The notes: generated by a model not told the origin, from the letters alone. Positions 29,084-40,091 are shown, numbered from the stretch's first letter. The stretch: 64,000 bases of DNA from Promethearchaeota archaeon (GCA_016839585.1 JAEOTZ010000058.1:129948-193947), one strand, 5' to 3'. Numbers and translations are program-made.

Positions 29084-31849
29084 TTGGAAGGTTCTGTGTT
29101 AGTAATTGGTGGAGGAATGGCTGGAATACAAACCTCTTTAGATTTAACTGAATTAGGGTTTAAAGTTTATTTAATAGAAAAAGAAGCATCAATTGGCGGT
29201 CATATGGCTCAATTTGATAAACAATTCCCTGCAAACGACTGTAGTTTATGTATGCTTGCTCCAAAAATGGTTGCAGTTTATAAGAATCCCAATATTGAAT
29301 TATTTACTTTATCTGAGATTAAAAAAGTTAGTGGAAACCAGGGAAATTTTAAAGTTTCGATAGTTAAAAATCCTAGATATGTTGACGAAACCAAATGTAG
29401 GGGTTGTGGAGATTGTACTGCGAAGTGCCCAAAGATTGAAGCTCCGAATATTTTTGACATGAATTTAGGAAAAAGGAAATCAATTTATATCCCTTTCCCT
29501 CAAGCAACTCCTCCTGTATATTTAATAGACCCGGAATTATGTTTATTTTTAAATAGAGATGTATGTGGGGTATGTAAAAAAGTTTGTAAGGGTGATGCAA
29601 TTAATTTTTATCAAAAATCTCAAGAAATTGAATTGAATGTAGGTGCTATCGTCGTTGCTACAGGGTTTGATATGCTTGGAGAAGAATTATCTTCAAAATG
29701 GGGGTATCAATATAAAAATGTGGTAAATGGTTTAGAATATGAAAGAATATTATGCCCAACAGGACCATTTGGTACACATATCTTAAGACCAAGCAATGAA
29801 GAAGAGCCTGAGAAAATAGCATTTATACAGTGTGCAGGATCTGGTTATCAAGAAAATCAGATTCCTTATTGTTCCCGTGTATGTTGTATGTATACAGCAA
29901 AAAATGCAATTTTAACAAAAATTTATGCCGAAACTCCTCAAATTACAGTTTTTAGACATAATATTCGGGTTTTTGGTCGAGATTTTTATGAGTATACTAA
30001 AAATGCTCAAGAAGAATATGGCATTAAATATATTAACAGTAAGATACAAATTATTGAAGAAGAACCAGAAACAAACGATATAATTATATATTATAGAGAT
30101 ATGAAATCTGGAGAAGATAAAACTTATAAAGCAAATTTAGTAGTTCTGGCAGCGCCATTGGTACCTTCAAAGGGGACAGAGAAATTAGCTAAAATCTTAG
30201 GAATTAAATTAGATAAATACAATTTTCTCCAATCAAAATCTTACTTTAATAAATCTTTATCAACTAAAGAAGGGATTTATCTATGTGGTTTTTGTCAAAG
30301 TCCCATGAATATTTCAGAAACGGTTGCTAATGCAAGCGGAGTTGCAGGGGAAGTAGCAACGATATTGAATCCAGTTAGATACTCGCAAATAAAAGAAAGG
30401 GAGATTAATATCTTACCAGAAGGGGATATAATTAAAATCACTCCAAGGGCATTAGTTATAGGTGGTGGAGTCTCTGGTATGACTGCTTCCTTAAATCTTA
30501 GTAATCAAGGATTTGAGACTATTCTTTTAGAAAAAGAGAATCAATTAGGAGGAAATATCAATTATATTAATGTGTTGTACCCTACTAAACAAAGTGCTCC
30601 AGATTTCCTTTTTAATATTGAAGAAGAGGTTAGGATCAATACAAATATTAAAATATTTTTAAATTCAAAAATTGAAAGTATTTCAGGGTCAATTGGAAAT
30701 TATGACGTATCATTTTTAGATATAAATGATAAAATCCATGATATTAGAGTCGGAACGATAATCCTTGCTACAGGAAGTCAAGAATTTAAACCGATAGGTC
30801 TTTTTCAATACAATAAAAATAATAAAAATGTTTTAACTCTTTTAGAACTAGAGAAAAAGCTGAAAAGTAAGGATAATTCTTGGCTTACCAAGATAAATCA
30901 TATTACTATAGTTTTATGTGTTAAAGCAAGACAAAAAGACGGATTCTCATATTGTTCAAATGTATGTTGTAATAATACTATAAAAAATATTGAAATTTTA
31001 AAGGAAATTAATTCAAAAATCAAAATACTCGTTCTATTCAGAGATCTTCATATGGCTAAAAAAGAGCTTGAAGATCTATTTAGTAAAAGGAAAAAAATCG
31101 CTGAATATATTAGATATAATTTAGAAAACATCCCTGAAGTTGTTAAGATGAGACAGAATCCAGAAAAATACATAATAAAATTGCGAGATGATTCTAATCC
31201 GGATAATATTATTGAATTTAATACTGATTTAATTGTATTAGCAACTCCAATGATCCCACCTGATGATTTAAAGGATTTGTCACATATGCTTGATGTTCCT
31301 CTTGATGAAAATGGATTTTTTATTGAAGCACATACAAAATTAAGACCTTTAGATTTTGCAGGGCATGGAATTTTTGTTTGTGGATGTGCACAATGGCCAA
31401 AAAATATACAAGATTGTATATCACAGGCAAATGCAGCAGCTGGTCGGGCAAGTAGATTCTTAAGTGTAAAACAAATTTCAACGACAAAATTGGAATATCT
31501 CTCATTTATGCTCTCTATTCAGTGTTTCTTCAAAGATATGAAAGTTAATGCTGAAAGATGTAATGGTTGTGGTAGATGCGCTGAAGTTTGTCAATTCAAA
31601 GCAATAACACTTACAGATTCTAAACAAGAATATGAGGATGTTAGTATTGCCGCTAAAAAAGCTATTATTAATCCTGCTATATGTAAAGGATGTGGAAAAT
31701 GTTCTGCAACTTGTCGATTAAAGGCAATTGATGCAAGACATTATGACTTTAAACAAATCTCTGCTATAATTGATCCATATTTTTTAGAAAAAGCAAAACC
31801 AGAGGAAAAATTTGATGATGGGACAACAGAACTTACAATAATTAAGTGA
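29084..31849 (+). CDS. Second large HdrA-like protein, lacking the internal Fe-S domain
   Basis: Paralog of the 25110 ORF; GAGGT SD then TTG at 29084. Confidence 0.88.
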   Translation: MEGSVLVIGGGMAGIQTSLDLTELGFKVYLIEKEASIGGHMAQFDKQFPANDCSLCMLAPKMVAVYKNPNIELFTLSEIKKVSGNQGNFKVSIVKNPRYVDETKCRGCGDCTAKCPKIEAPNIFDMNLGKRKSIYIPFPQATPPVYLIDPELCLFLNRDVCGVCKKVCKGDAINFYQKSQEIELNVGAIVVATGFDMLGEELSSKWGYQYKNVVNGLEYERILCPTGPFGTHILRPSNEEEPEKIAFIQCAGSGYQENQIPYCSRVCCMYTAKNAILTKIYAETPQITVFRHNIRVFGRDFYEYTKNAQEEYGIKYINSKIQIIEEEPETNDIIIYYRDMKSGEDKTYKANLVVLAAPLVPSKGTEKLAKILGIKLDKYNFLQSKSYFNKSLSTKEGIYLCGFCQSPMNISETVANASGVAGEVATILNPVRYSQIKEREINILPEGDIIKITPRALVIGGGVSGMTASLNLSNQGFETILLEKENQLGGNINYINVLYPTKQSAPDFLFNIEEEVRINTNIKIFLNSKIESISGSIGNYDVSFLDINDKIHDIRVGTIILATGSQEFKPIGLFQYNKNNKNVLTLLELEKKLKSKDNSWLTKINHITIVLCVKARQKDGFSYCSNVCCNNTIKNIEILKEINSKIKILVLFRDLHMAKKELEDLFSKRKKIAEYIRYNLENIPEVVKMRQNPEKYIIKLRDDSNPDNIIEFNTDLIVLATPMIPPDDLKDLSHMLDVPLDENGFFIEAHTKLRPLDFAGHGIFVCGCAQWPKNIQDCISQANAAAGRASRFLSVKQISTTKLEYLSFMLSIQCFFKDMKVNAERCNGCGRCAEVCQFKAITLTDSKQEYEDVSIAAKKAIINPAICKGCGKCSATCRLKAIDARHYDFKQISAIIDPYFLEKAKPEEKFDDGTTELTIIK

Positions 31850-31905
31850 TTTTTTTATAAATGGAAAACTTAAATCTATACTAATTTTTATTTATTTCTT
31901 ATTAT

Positions 31906-33126
31906 TTATTTAAAAGTTCTCTTTCCTAAGGTGTATAATAAGGAAAAAACAATAATGAGAAAGATAGATATTATAAAAACAGTAAAATAAACCATTTTAA
32001 TACCTTTATCATGAAAAGTTGAATCATAAATTATAGGTACGAGGGCAATTCCTATAAATTGACCCGCTGTCGCTAGTCCTGCTAAAGCTCCACGTCTCTC
32101 CTTTGATAATGTTTGGCTATAATACATAATTGAAGGAATTAGAGATCCTCCAGCGACACCTATAAACATAAGACCTAAAGTCGTAAATAGAAGTAGGTTA
32201 TTGTTCGTAATATCACTAATTAATAATAAAATCATTAATCCAATATATAATGAAATGATTCCAATTAGTATTGCTATTCTAACTCCTTTTTTTATTATTA
32301 AGTAACCTATTAAAATTCCTGTAATCGCTCCCATGATTCCTGCACTCCCAATAATTATCCCTGCAAGGGTTTCATCAATTATATGCGTAAAAGCTCGTGA
32401 AGTCCAAACAATAATTGCTAAATAAGTTTGTGAACTTAGAAAAGCGGATATTATCATTAATATTACAACAGATCTACGAAATTCTTGAAATAAATGAGAT
32501 AGAAAAAGTCGGAACCCTGAATCCTTACTGGTTCTTTGGGGAGCTCGGTTTAAATTAATCAATATTAGTATACAAATTCCAGTAATTAATATAAATAACA
32601 AATAAAGAAATCGCCATCCTATAATAACTATAAATCCAGCGAGTATTGGACCAATTGCTACTCCTAAATTAGCTGCAGATCCAAGATAACCCATTTTCTT
32701 AGGGATATTTGGTCTAGGTGTTATGTCAGTTATTAAAGCTATTAAGACCGGATTTACAAATCCAAAACCAATCCCACCAAGAATGTTGGCAATTAAGAAC
32801 ATTATTAATGAAAATGAAGTAGCTGCTACAAGCATTCCCACTCCAAAAAGTGATAAACCAAAAATTATAACAGGAAACCTTCCTTTAATATCAGAAATTG
32901 CTCCTGAAAAAAGTTGAATTATTGCAAAAGGAAACATAAATGAAGGAATAGCAATTGATATTAAGCTAGCAGATACGTCAAACTCTCCCGAAAGAATTCC
33001 AAATAGAACTAAAATAACATTTCCAGTTAATGGCCCTAAGAAAAAAAGTATATATACGATACTTTCAATTAATATTGATCCATTCTTCATTCCACTGATT
33101 TCTTTTTCCTTAATCTCTTGATTCAT
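31906..33126 (-). CDS. MFS transporter
   Basis: 12 TM; GAISDIKGR motif A. Confidence 0.9.
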   Translation of the reverse strand: MNQEIKEKEISGMKNGSILIESIVYILFFLGPLTGNVILVLFGILSGEFDVSASLISIAIPSFMFPFAIIQLFSGAISDIKGRFPVIIFGLSLFGVGMLVAATSFSLIMFLIANILGGIGFGFVNPVLIALITDITPRPNIPKKMGYLGSAANLGVAIGPILAGFIVIIGWRFLYLLFILITGICILILINLNRAPQRTSKDSGFRLFLSHLFQEFRRSVVILMIISAFLSSQTYLAIIVWTSRAFTHIIDETLAGIIIGSAGIMGAITGILIGYLIIKKGVRIAILIGIISLYIGLMILLLISDITNNNLLLFTTLGLMFIGVAGGSLIPSIMYYSQTLSKERRGALAGLATAGQFIGIALVPIIYDSTFHDKGIKMVYFTVFIISIFLIIVFSLLYTLGKRTFK

Positions 33127-33567
33127 AGCAATTCTTAATCAAAGAATCTACTTAATTTAATTTTTATTAAATTGAATTTATATATAAACCTAATTCATAT
33201 ATCTAATAAATTAGAAATAACAATCTGAATCGAAGAATAATATCAGAATATATATCCAGATATTATTGAGATATTGATAAAAATTCGTAAAAGAACGGTT
33301 TCACGAAAAAAAAGTAAAAAGATCTATATCTTACTCTTTAGGTGGTATGTACATTTCTAATGGTAATAATTCACGACTGTAGAATATGACCAATTAACAT
33401 TCAAGAAACAAGAATTAGAAAAATTCGGTTTCCCTTCTCTTTTAGTACTTTTAAGTCTTTAAATCCCATTTCAAATTCTCTAGAATTTTTTGTAGGAATC
33501 TATGAGAAAACTTTCTATTATTGACAGCTTTATTGCAATTAATAATATTAATTAATATTAAAAACAA

Positions 33568-34842
33568 ATGATTAGTGAGCTAGCAGAAATATTTAACAAA
33601 ATAGAACTCGAATGGATTGATTCTTCAGAAGATTTAACAAATAGTGAGCAATACCGCAATTTTATGGAATTTTTTCCAAACTTAAAATCAATCTTTAAGT
33701 TAGGTAAAAAAAAGAGCGAAAATGAATTTAATAGAACTCTAAAACACATATTTAGAGTTTTCAAAGTATTTTTTCAATTAAAAGATGGAACTTTTACTCA
33801 TGAAACCCTATCTTCTAAATCAATACAACTTATTAGCGCAAAAGTTATTAATCAGCTATGTGAAAATGAAAATATTTTACCATTGATTCTTATATATCAT
33901 GATATTGGTAGATTCTTCGACCGAAAAAATCATCCTTATCAAAGTTATCTATTATTATCTGAGAGAAAATTACTTGATCCATATGGTCTTTCTGAAAATA
34001 AACAGTTACTAATTAAAAAAATAATTCAATACCATCTTTTATTTGCTACTATTTATACTGGTGAATCTACCTTTTACGGAATATATGCCTTACTTAATGA
34101 CAAAGAATTCATTCCAATATTATCTAAGAAAAAGAATAGGGAACTTTTCATTAATCTTTTAGAAATTTTTACTTTTATCGATATTTTAGGATATAATTAT
34201 GCTAAAATTTATGATCATTATGTTGACTATTATAATGAAATTAATTTTATTTTGAAAGACATTTTAAATTGTTGGCTAGATAAAGAACTAATTTTAAGAC
34301 GAGCTTATACTTATTCTCAGGAATGGCTTGAGTGGAGAATTGCTGGAGCCCTTAGAATATTTCAATTTGTTGAAACAAAGCCCCATTTAACCAAAGAATT
34401 TTATTTTAATAAATTGATAGAAAGTATTAAGGAGACTAACAATGAATTGATTAATAATCTCAACTGGGAAATATTAAAAAGTCAATATTTAACCCATTCT
34501 TACAAAATTCAAATCAAGTATGGTTTAGCTTTTTTAATGATTTTAGCATTTGGCAATTTTCAGCGGATGGGATTAAAAATAGATGCTGGAATTTCATATA
34601 AATTAATTTTTTTTTGGACCCTACTTTCAAAAGAAATAGAATCACGAACTAAGGATAAAAAAGTTTACTTATGGAATGTCTATTTAGTAGGAATGCCCCA
34701 TTGGTCAAAAATAGATAAAATATTTATAAATAAGTTAAACGATAATGCAATTGAATTAATTATTAAGAATGCTTCTCAAGAATTCATAAAGGAACGAAAG
34801 GAATATAACCTTTATTTGAATTTAAAACAAATAATGGATTAA
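33568..34842 (+). CDS. Hypothetical protein, HD-domain-like
   Basis: H...LIYHDIGR...H...HLL...D pattern. Confidence 0.55.
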   Translation: MISELAEIFNKIELEWIDSSEDLTNSEQYRNFMEFFPNLKSIFKLGKKKSENEFNRTLKHIFRVFKVFFQLKDGTFTHETLSSKSIQLISAKVINQLCENENILPLILIYHDIGRFFDRKNHPYQSYLLLSERKLLDPYGLSENKQLLIKKIIQYHLLFATIYTGESTFYGIYALLNDKEFIPILSKKKNRELFINLLEIFTFIDILGYNYAKIYDHYVDYYNEINFILKDILNCWLDKELILRRAYTYSQEWLEWRIAGALRIFQFVETKPHLTKEFYFNKLIESIKETNNELINNLNWEILKSQYLTHSYKIQIKYGLAFLMILAFGNFQRMGLKIDAGISYKLIFFWTLLSKEIESRTKDKKVYLWNVYLVGMPHWSKIDKIFINKLNDNAIELIIKNASQEFIKERKEYNLYLNLKQIMD

Positions 34843-34876
34843 ATATATAAATTTAATTTAAAAGAGTTGGTCTTTT

Positions 34877-35860
34877 ATTAGAGCTGCTGTTCTTGAAGAT
34901 GTCCAAAAAATTGTATACAGAGAAGACTACCCAAAGCCAGTTATTGGAACTAATGACGTTTTAGTTAAAGTTCATTATTGCGGGATATGTGGAAGTGATA
35001 TACCAAATTTTAAATATAAATTGTATCAAGTTCCCCTAATACTGGGCCATGAAATATCTGGAGAAGTAACTGAAATTGGTGAGAACATAACTGATGTGAG
35101 AGTTGGAGATAAAGTAGTAGCGATGAATGTTTTACTTGATGTACGTAAAGGCCAATTAGAAGGAATGGGAATATTTGACAATGGAGGATTTGCAGAATAT
35201 GTTAGAGTAAAAAGCAAGAATTTATTTCTTTCTCCTAAAAATATCTCTATTAAAGGAGCCACAATGATTGAATCATTTGCAAATATAACAAGAGCGATAA
35301 GAATATCAAAAATGAGTAAAAATGAAAAGGTTCTTATCATTGGTGGGGGGAATATTGGATTGGCTTTCTTAAGTACAGTATTAAGTGAAAGAAATCCTGA
35401 TTGTATCATTGTTGTTGAACCTCATCAATTTTTAAGAGAAAAAGCTATAGAGCTCGGAGCAAATGAAGCAATTCTCCCAAGTAAGACAAAGATAAAAAAA
35501 ATTTTAAAAAACTTTGGTGCTCCTACATATATTTTTGATAGTGTAGGAAGTGAACAAACTATATTAATGGCAATAGATTTAATTGAAAGAGGTGGTACAA
35601 TTTTAGTAGAGGGTATTCAAAGAACGAAGATTTCATTACCTATCTTTTCAATAATTAACAAAGAAATCACACTTAAAGGATGTTTAGGACATGATAGTGA
35701 AGATATCTTAGCTGCAATTGATTTATTTGCCAAAGAAAAAATTGATCCACATAAATATATTTCTGATGTTGTTGATTTGAAAGATCTTCAAATCACTTTT
35801 CAAAAATTTCTTGAACCTGGGGAAAGAAAATTCATTAAAATTTTAGTAAAACCTAATTAA
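34877..35860 (+). CDS. Zn-dependent alcohol dehydrogenase (MDR); probable ATT start
   Basis: In-frame extension (I/M)RAAVLE...CGICGSD upstream of LGHE; GGGNIG; in-frame TAA at 34859 and no ATG/GTG/TTG before 35021. Confidence 0.85.
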   Translation: MRAAVLEDVQKIVYREDYPKPVIGTNDVLVKVHYCGICGSDIPNFKYKLYQVPLILGHEISGEVTEIGENITDVRVGDKVVAMNVLLDVRKGQLEGMGIFDNGGFAEYVRVKSKNLFLSPKNISIKGATMIESFANITRAIRISKMSKNEKVLIIGGGNIGLAFLSTVLSERNPDCIIVVEPHQFLREKAIELGANEAILPSKTKIKKILKNFGAPTYIFDSVGSEQTILMAIDLIERGGTILVEGIQRTKISLPIFSIINKEITLKGCLGHDSEDILAAIDLFAKEKIDPHKYISDVVDLKDLQITFQKFLEPGERKFIKILVKPN

Positions 35861-35975
35861 TATTTTCTACAAAGTTAATACCCTAACTGGCAAAAAGAAA
35901 CCTTATTATACATTTTCAGTTAAATAATATTATTACCATATCTAAAAAAATAAGATTCGAGGCTAGATTCCAGTA

Positions 35976-37337
35976 ATGGAAAATGATTACCATTTGAAAA
36001 GAGAGAAGAACTTTCATTCATTATTTCGTATTTATTTCATGATATATTTTTGTATTGGCATCCTTCCTGTGAATATTGACAATCTATTAGAAAATCTTCC
36101 TGGAACCACAGAATTCGGTATAGGAGTAGTAATAGCATCTTTTTTAATCGTGGGGATGATAAGCATATTAACATTTGGATACTATGCTGATAAAATAACT
36201 GAAAAAGTATCACGAAAAAGAGTATTTATTTTTACTAATCTATTTTGGGTAATAACTTTTGGTCTAGTTTCATTATCATTAAATTACTATTTTTATCTCC
36301 TTTTTATCACTCTTAGTGCAATCGGTACTGGAGCTTTTTTACCGATTGGGTTCTCAATAATAGGAGACTTTTACTCACCAAAAGAAAGAGGAAAAAAATT
36401 TGGTGTTATGCAATTTGGTTTAATACTAGGTAATGGAATGGGTATTATATTCGGGGGGATATTAGGAAGCTATACTGGACCCTTAGGTTGGAGATTTGCC
36501 TATGGTTTAGGTTCAATTTTGGGATTATTATCTGTTTTAGGATATATTTTTTCAGGAGTTGATCCTGAAAGAGCTCGTACTGAACCGGAATTTAAAGATT
36601 TTGAGGGTGAAATAAATTATAATTATAAAATAACTTTCAAAAATCTAGGTCAATTGTCTAAAATGAAATCCATTTCAGCTATTCTATTATCTGTACTCTG
36701 TTCTGGAATAGCAACTTCTACACTTGGAATATGGGCTATTTTCTACTTAAGCACAAAATTAAGTGGATCTGATGCCGAATTAATTGCTACAACAATATAC
36801 GTTTTAGTTGGAGCAGGAGGGCTTCCTGGAGCTATTATCGGGGGGAGATTAGGTGACCGATTCTTTCGTGCAGGGAAAATACATGGTCGTGTGATTATAT
36901 CATTATTTGGACTTCTATCAGGAATATTATGTATGTTAGGATTTTATCTAATTCCCTTCTTCACTGAAACAACCCTACAAATAGTTGTATCATGGATTTT
37001 TTTCCTTATACTAGGATATTTAGGATATCTTCTTGTATCATTTTCATTGGGAAACCAATTTGCAATATATTCAGAGGTTTGCGTCCCAGAATTGAGGAGC
37101 ACAGCAAATGCATTAAATGGTTTAATGGTAAATTTAGGGGGTATTATTGGAAATTTACTTATTTCCTCCTTAATTGAAAGAAATATGTCATGGCTACCGT
37201 TCGCAATTGCTTTAGTTTTACTAATTTGGCTATTTGGATCATTATTGTGGATATTACCATATTTTTATTACCCAACAGAATCAAAAGAATGTAGAGATTT
37301 AATGGCTAAACGTAGATTAGAATTAGACAAAATTTAG
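35976..37337 (+). CDS. MFS transporter (spinster-like)
   Basis: 12 TM; GYYADK, IIGDFYSPKERG and GGRLGD motifs. Confidence 0.88.
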   Translation: MENDYHLKREKNFHSLFRIYFMIYFCIGILPVNIDNLLENLPGTTEFGIGVVIASFLIVGMISILTFGYYADKITEKVSRKRVFIFTNLFWVITFGLVSLSLNYYFYLLFITLSAIGTGAFLPIGFSIIGDFYSPKERGKKFGVMQFGLILGNGMGIIFGGILGSYTGPLGWRFAYGLGSILGLLSVLGYIFSGVDPERARTEPEFKDFEGEINYNYKITFKNLGQLSKMKSISAILLSVLCSGIATSTLGIWAIFYLSTKLSGSDAELIATTIYVLVGAGGLPGAIIGGRLGDRFFRAGKIHGRVIISLFGLLSGILCMLGFYLIPFFTETTLQIVVSWIFFLILGYLGYLLVSFSLGNQFAIYSEVCVPELRSTANALNGLMVNLGGIIGNLLISSLIERNMSWLPFAIALVLLIWLFGSLLWILPYFYYPTESKECRDLMAKRRLELDKI

Positions 37338-37456
37338 AATAAATTTTTTTTTTCACTAAAATTTATTATTACGTTGTATTATATTTTAATTAACCTTTTA
37401 GATTAAGAATTATTTAATTCTTTAGAACTTAGAATAATCAATCAAATTGGTTGTAA

Positions 37457-38506
37457 TTGGCTGAATTATTTGATTCATCATCATCATCGGATAAGAATCC
37501 TTTTGAAGAATTAGCTATAGTATATGTCTTATATTTTGATGAAGCTCAAGGACATGTTCCTTTATTAATCTATCCAGATGATCGATATAAAGATGATAAA
37601 AAGTTTATGAGACCTATCAAATATCATCCAATATGGTTTTTAAGTGCAGATGAACAAGAAGTTCTCGACCATATAGACTTAGAATTTAAAGGTTATACCT
37701 TTTTTGGTAAAAAATTTTTAACCATTTCCAAGAGAAAAAAAAGAAGGGCAGGATTAGAAGAGGAAACACCTGAAACTATTGTAGTTATCGTATCACTACC
37801 AACTAAACTTGAGATTTTGGGTGATGAACTTATCAAACAATTGACAACTGAGATTAGAGGAAATTTTGAGAAAAATTTATTCGAAATCATCGAATCTGAA
37901 ATCGTGAGAGATGCTGTAATCAAATCTCCTAAAATCGAGAAAATAATCGAAAAGGGGGATAAAATTAAAATTGAGTTAAGAGAATTGATAGAAAAAATAG
38001 TGAATATGTATTTTTCTAGCACAATAAATCAAGCTGATACAACTTCAATAAAAATGCAGAAAGCCATCTCTTACTTAGCTTTAAAAGGTATCGATGTGTC
38101 TCATATCTCAAGTGGAGATTATAAAGATTCATTCTCAAGTATTAAACTATTTGATCCTACCGAAAAATCTAAAGTTGATTTTACAAATAAATTTCAATTT
38201 TCAATTAAAAAAGTAATTATAATGGAAGATAGTCAAGAGTTTGAGATTATAACTCAGAATGATAGTAAGAACGAATTTCATAACCTTTTAATTAAAATTA
38301 CAAATGTAAAAGAGTATTTCGAAAAAGAAATAATGAATGAACACATTGATATTTGGTTTCCAGAAGAAGAATTAGTATTTTTTTCACCAATTATACCTCA
38401 TATTGATGAATATCTATTCTTTATAATAGAAGAAAAGTCTAAAGAAAGATTAATATCAAAAAGAATTGATTTAAATATATTAAGAAATCAAAAAAATAAA
38501 AATTAG
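37457..38506 (+). CDS. Longin/uDENN-like protein with C-terminal beta-sandwich module
   Basis: VLYFDEAQGHVPLLIYP matches the uDENN/longin FD..xG....YP pattern. Confidence 0.6.
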   Translation: MAELFDSSSSSDKNPFEELAIVYVLYFDEAQGHVPLLIYPDDRYKDDKKFMRPIKYHPIWFLSADEQEVLDHIDLEFKGYTFFGKKFLTISKRKKRRAGLEEETPETIVVIVSLPTKLEILGDELIKQLTTEIRGNFEKNLFEIIESEIVRDAVIKSPKIEKIIEKGDKIKIELRELIEKIVNMYFSSTINQADTTSIKMQKAISYLALKGIDVSHISSGDYKDSFSSIKLFDPTEKSKVDFTNKFQFSIKKVIIMEDSQEFEIITQNDSKNEFHNLLIKITNVKEYFEKEIMNEHIDIWFPEEELVFFSPIIPHIDEYLFFIIEEKSKERLISKRIDLNILRNQKNKN

Positions 38507-38519
38507 GGATAAAAAACTT

Positions 38520-38996
38520 ATGTCCGAAGAAATTCTTGAAGAGGAAGAAATAATAATCAGAAATTACAGAACTTCTGATTATCAAGCAACATTAATAATT
38601 TTAAGAGAACTTTCAGATAAATATAATATTGGTATGAAAGAAGAAAAATGGATAGAATCTTCTGGATTAAGACAATTTAAGCCCAATCTAAAGAGAATTA
38701 CTTTAGTGGCAGAAATAAAATCAACAGGAAAAGTAGTAAGCATGGGGATAATTGAAGCAGTTAAAAATACATTAGGACAATACGTAGGGTATCTAGATAA
38801 TTGGGCAACTAAAAAAGAATACATTGGCAAGCATGTAGGTAAGCTCTTAGCAGATAAGGCTATTCAAATTCTAAAATCTTGGGGTTGTGAATCAGTAAGA
38901 ATCAATCTTGCTTATGGATCTACCCAAAAATTACTTGATATATTCGGCAAAGTAGGATTTAAACCTATAATTACAGTATTAGAAAAGAAATTTTAA
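38520..38996 (+). CDS. GNAT-family acetyltransferase
   Basis: YIGKHVGKLL motif A; FGKVGF. Confidence 0.75.
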   Translation: MSEEILEEEEIIIRNYRTSDYQATLIILRELSDKYNIGMKEEKWIESSGLRQFKPNLKRITLVAEIKSTGKVVSMGIIEAVKNTLGQYVGYLDNWATKKEYIGKHVGKLLADKAIQILKSWGCESVRINLAYGSTQKLLDIFGKVGFKPIITVLEKKF

Positions 38997-39269
38997 ATTA
39001 GTTTATTTTTTCAAATCTAGATTGAAAGAAGCGTAAATATTTTGGTACATTTACCCTTTTTTATTCCCGCGATAATATGCTTATATATTACTTTATTTTA
39101 ATTTTAAATGAAAATTTACTCTCTAATCGAAAAAACCTTTCTAAAACTAAATAACATGAAAGGATATATTTTGATAATTATTGAGCTTAGCACCTAACCC
39201 TTTAATAAAATATTTATATACTCATGATTACTTACTAATTTTATCAAGCTATAAAATTAATTATCTTAT

Positions 39270-40091
39270 GTGATCGAAATGGATAAAAAAGGTCTTATTG
39301 GAATCGTCATAGTGATCTTTCTTGTAGGTGGATTAGCAGGTGGATTTATTGGTTATTTCTTCCCAAGGGAAGAAAAAGAACCAACCAAAGGTTCATTTAA
39401 TGCTGTTATTGATGGATATTTCAATGAAGGCGAGGGATGGCAATATTCCGATTGGCAATTTACTGAATATTTATTAACTGATAATGATAATTTAGATTGT
39501 TTTAACTTCTTTTATGTTCATTTAACACTTTCATCGCTTTATATCTTAGTAGATTTTGTTAGCGATATTACGAATGATACCACCGATGAATATCTTGCTG
39601 TCTGGATAGATACCGATAATTCTCAAACAATATTCTATAATGATGACACTTGGAACCTTAACGTTGGTAATCCTGGACATGAACTGCTCTATTTCATACC
39701 AGAAACGAAATCTATTAATGATACATTGCAAATTGATGTCAATCTCAATCCAAATATATTTTTAACAACTTTAAATGAATCCGAAGCCACAGTTGAGTTT
39801 GGATTCCAATCATCAATGAATGGGGGACAATTGCATCGAATTTTTGAAATTGAAATAAATAGAGATGCTTTAAGTGCTTTTAATGCTACTAACTTTAATA
39901 TAGGTTTTCTAGGTTACGGTACAGTATTTATACCACTATATTTTTACTCCGGTTTTTGGGGCGCTCCTACCCTGTTTTCCTCAGATTTTTATTATTCTGC
40001 TTTTTTCTTTAGTGAAGGATATATAAAAGAAGCGGCTTTCTTTAAATGCGGATATGGAACTGGTATATATGATTTAAAAGATACACCTTAA
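39270..40091 (+). CDS. Membrane-anchored extracellular protein (DOMON/CBM9-like)
   Basis: N-terminal TM; IDG...W, LYILVD, VWIDTDN and FEIEI patterns. Confidence 0.6.
   Translation: MIEMDKKGLIGIVIVIFLVGGLAGGFIGYFFPREEKEPTKGSFNAVIDGYFNEGEGWQYSDWQFTEYLLTDNDNLDCFNFFYVHLTLSSLYILVDFVSDITNDTTDEYLAVWIDTDNSQTIFYNDDTWNLNVGNPGHELLYFIPETKSINDTLQIDVNLNPNIFLTTLNESEATVEFGFQSSMNGGQLHRIFEIEINRDALSAFNATNFNIGFLGYGTVFIPLYFYSGFWGAPTLFSSDFYYSAFFFSEGYIKEAAFFKCGYGTGIYDLKDTP

Noticed and set aside
18697-31849. Evidence of methanogenesis
   Set aside because: No mcr or mtr genes here; Hdr/Mvh/Frh-like modules are widespread in non-methanogens
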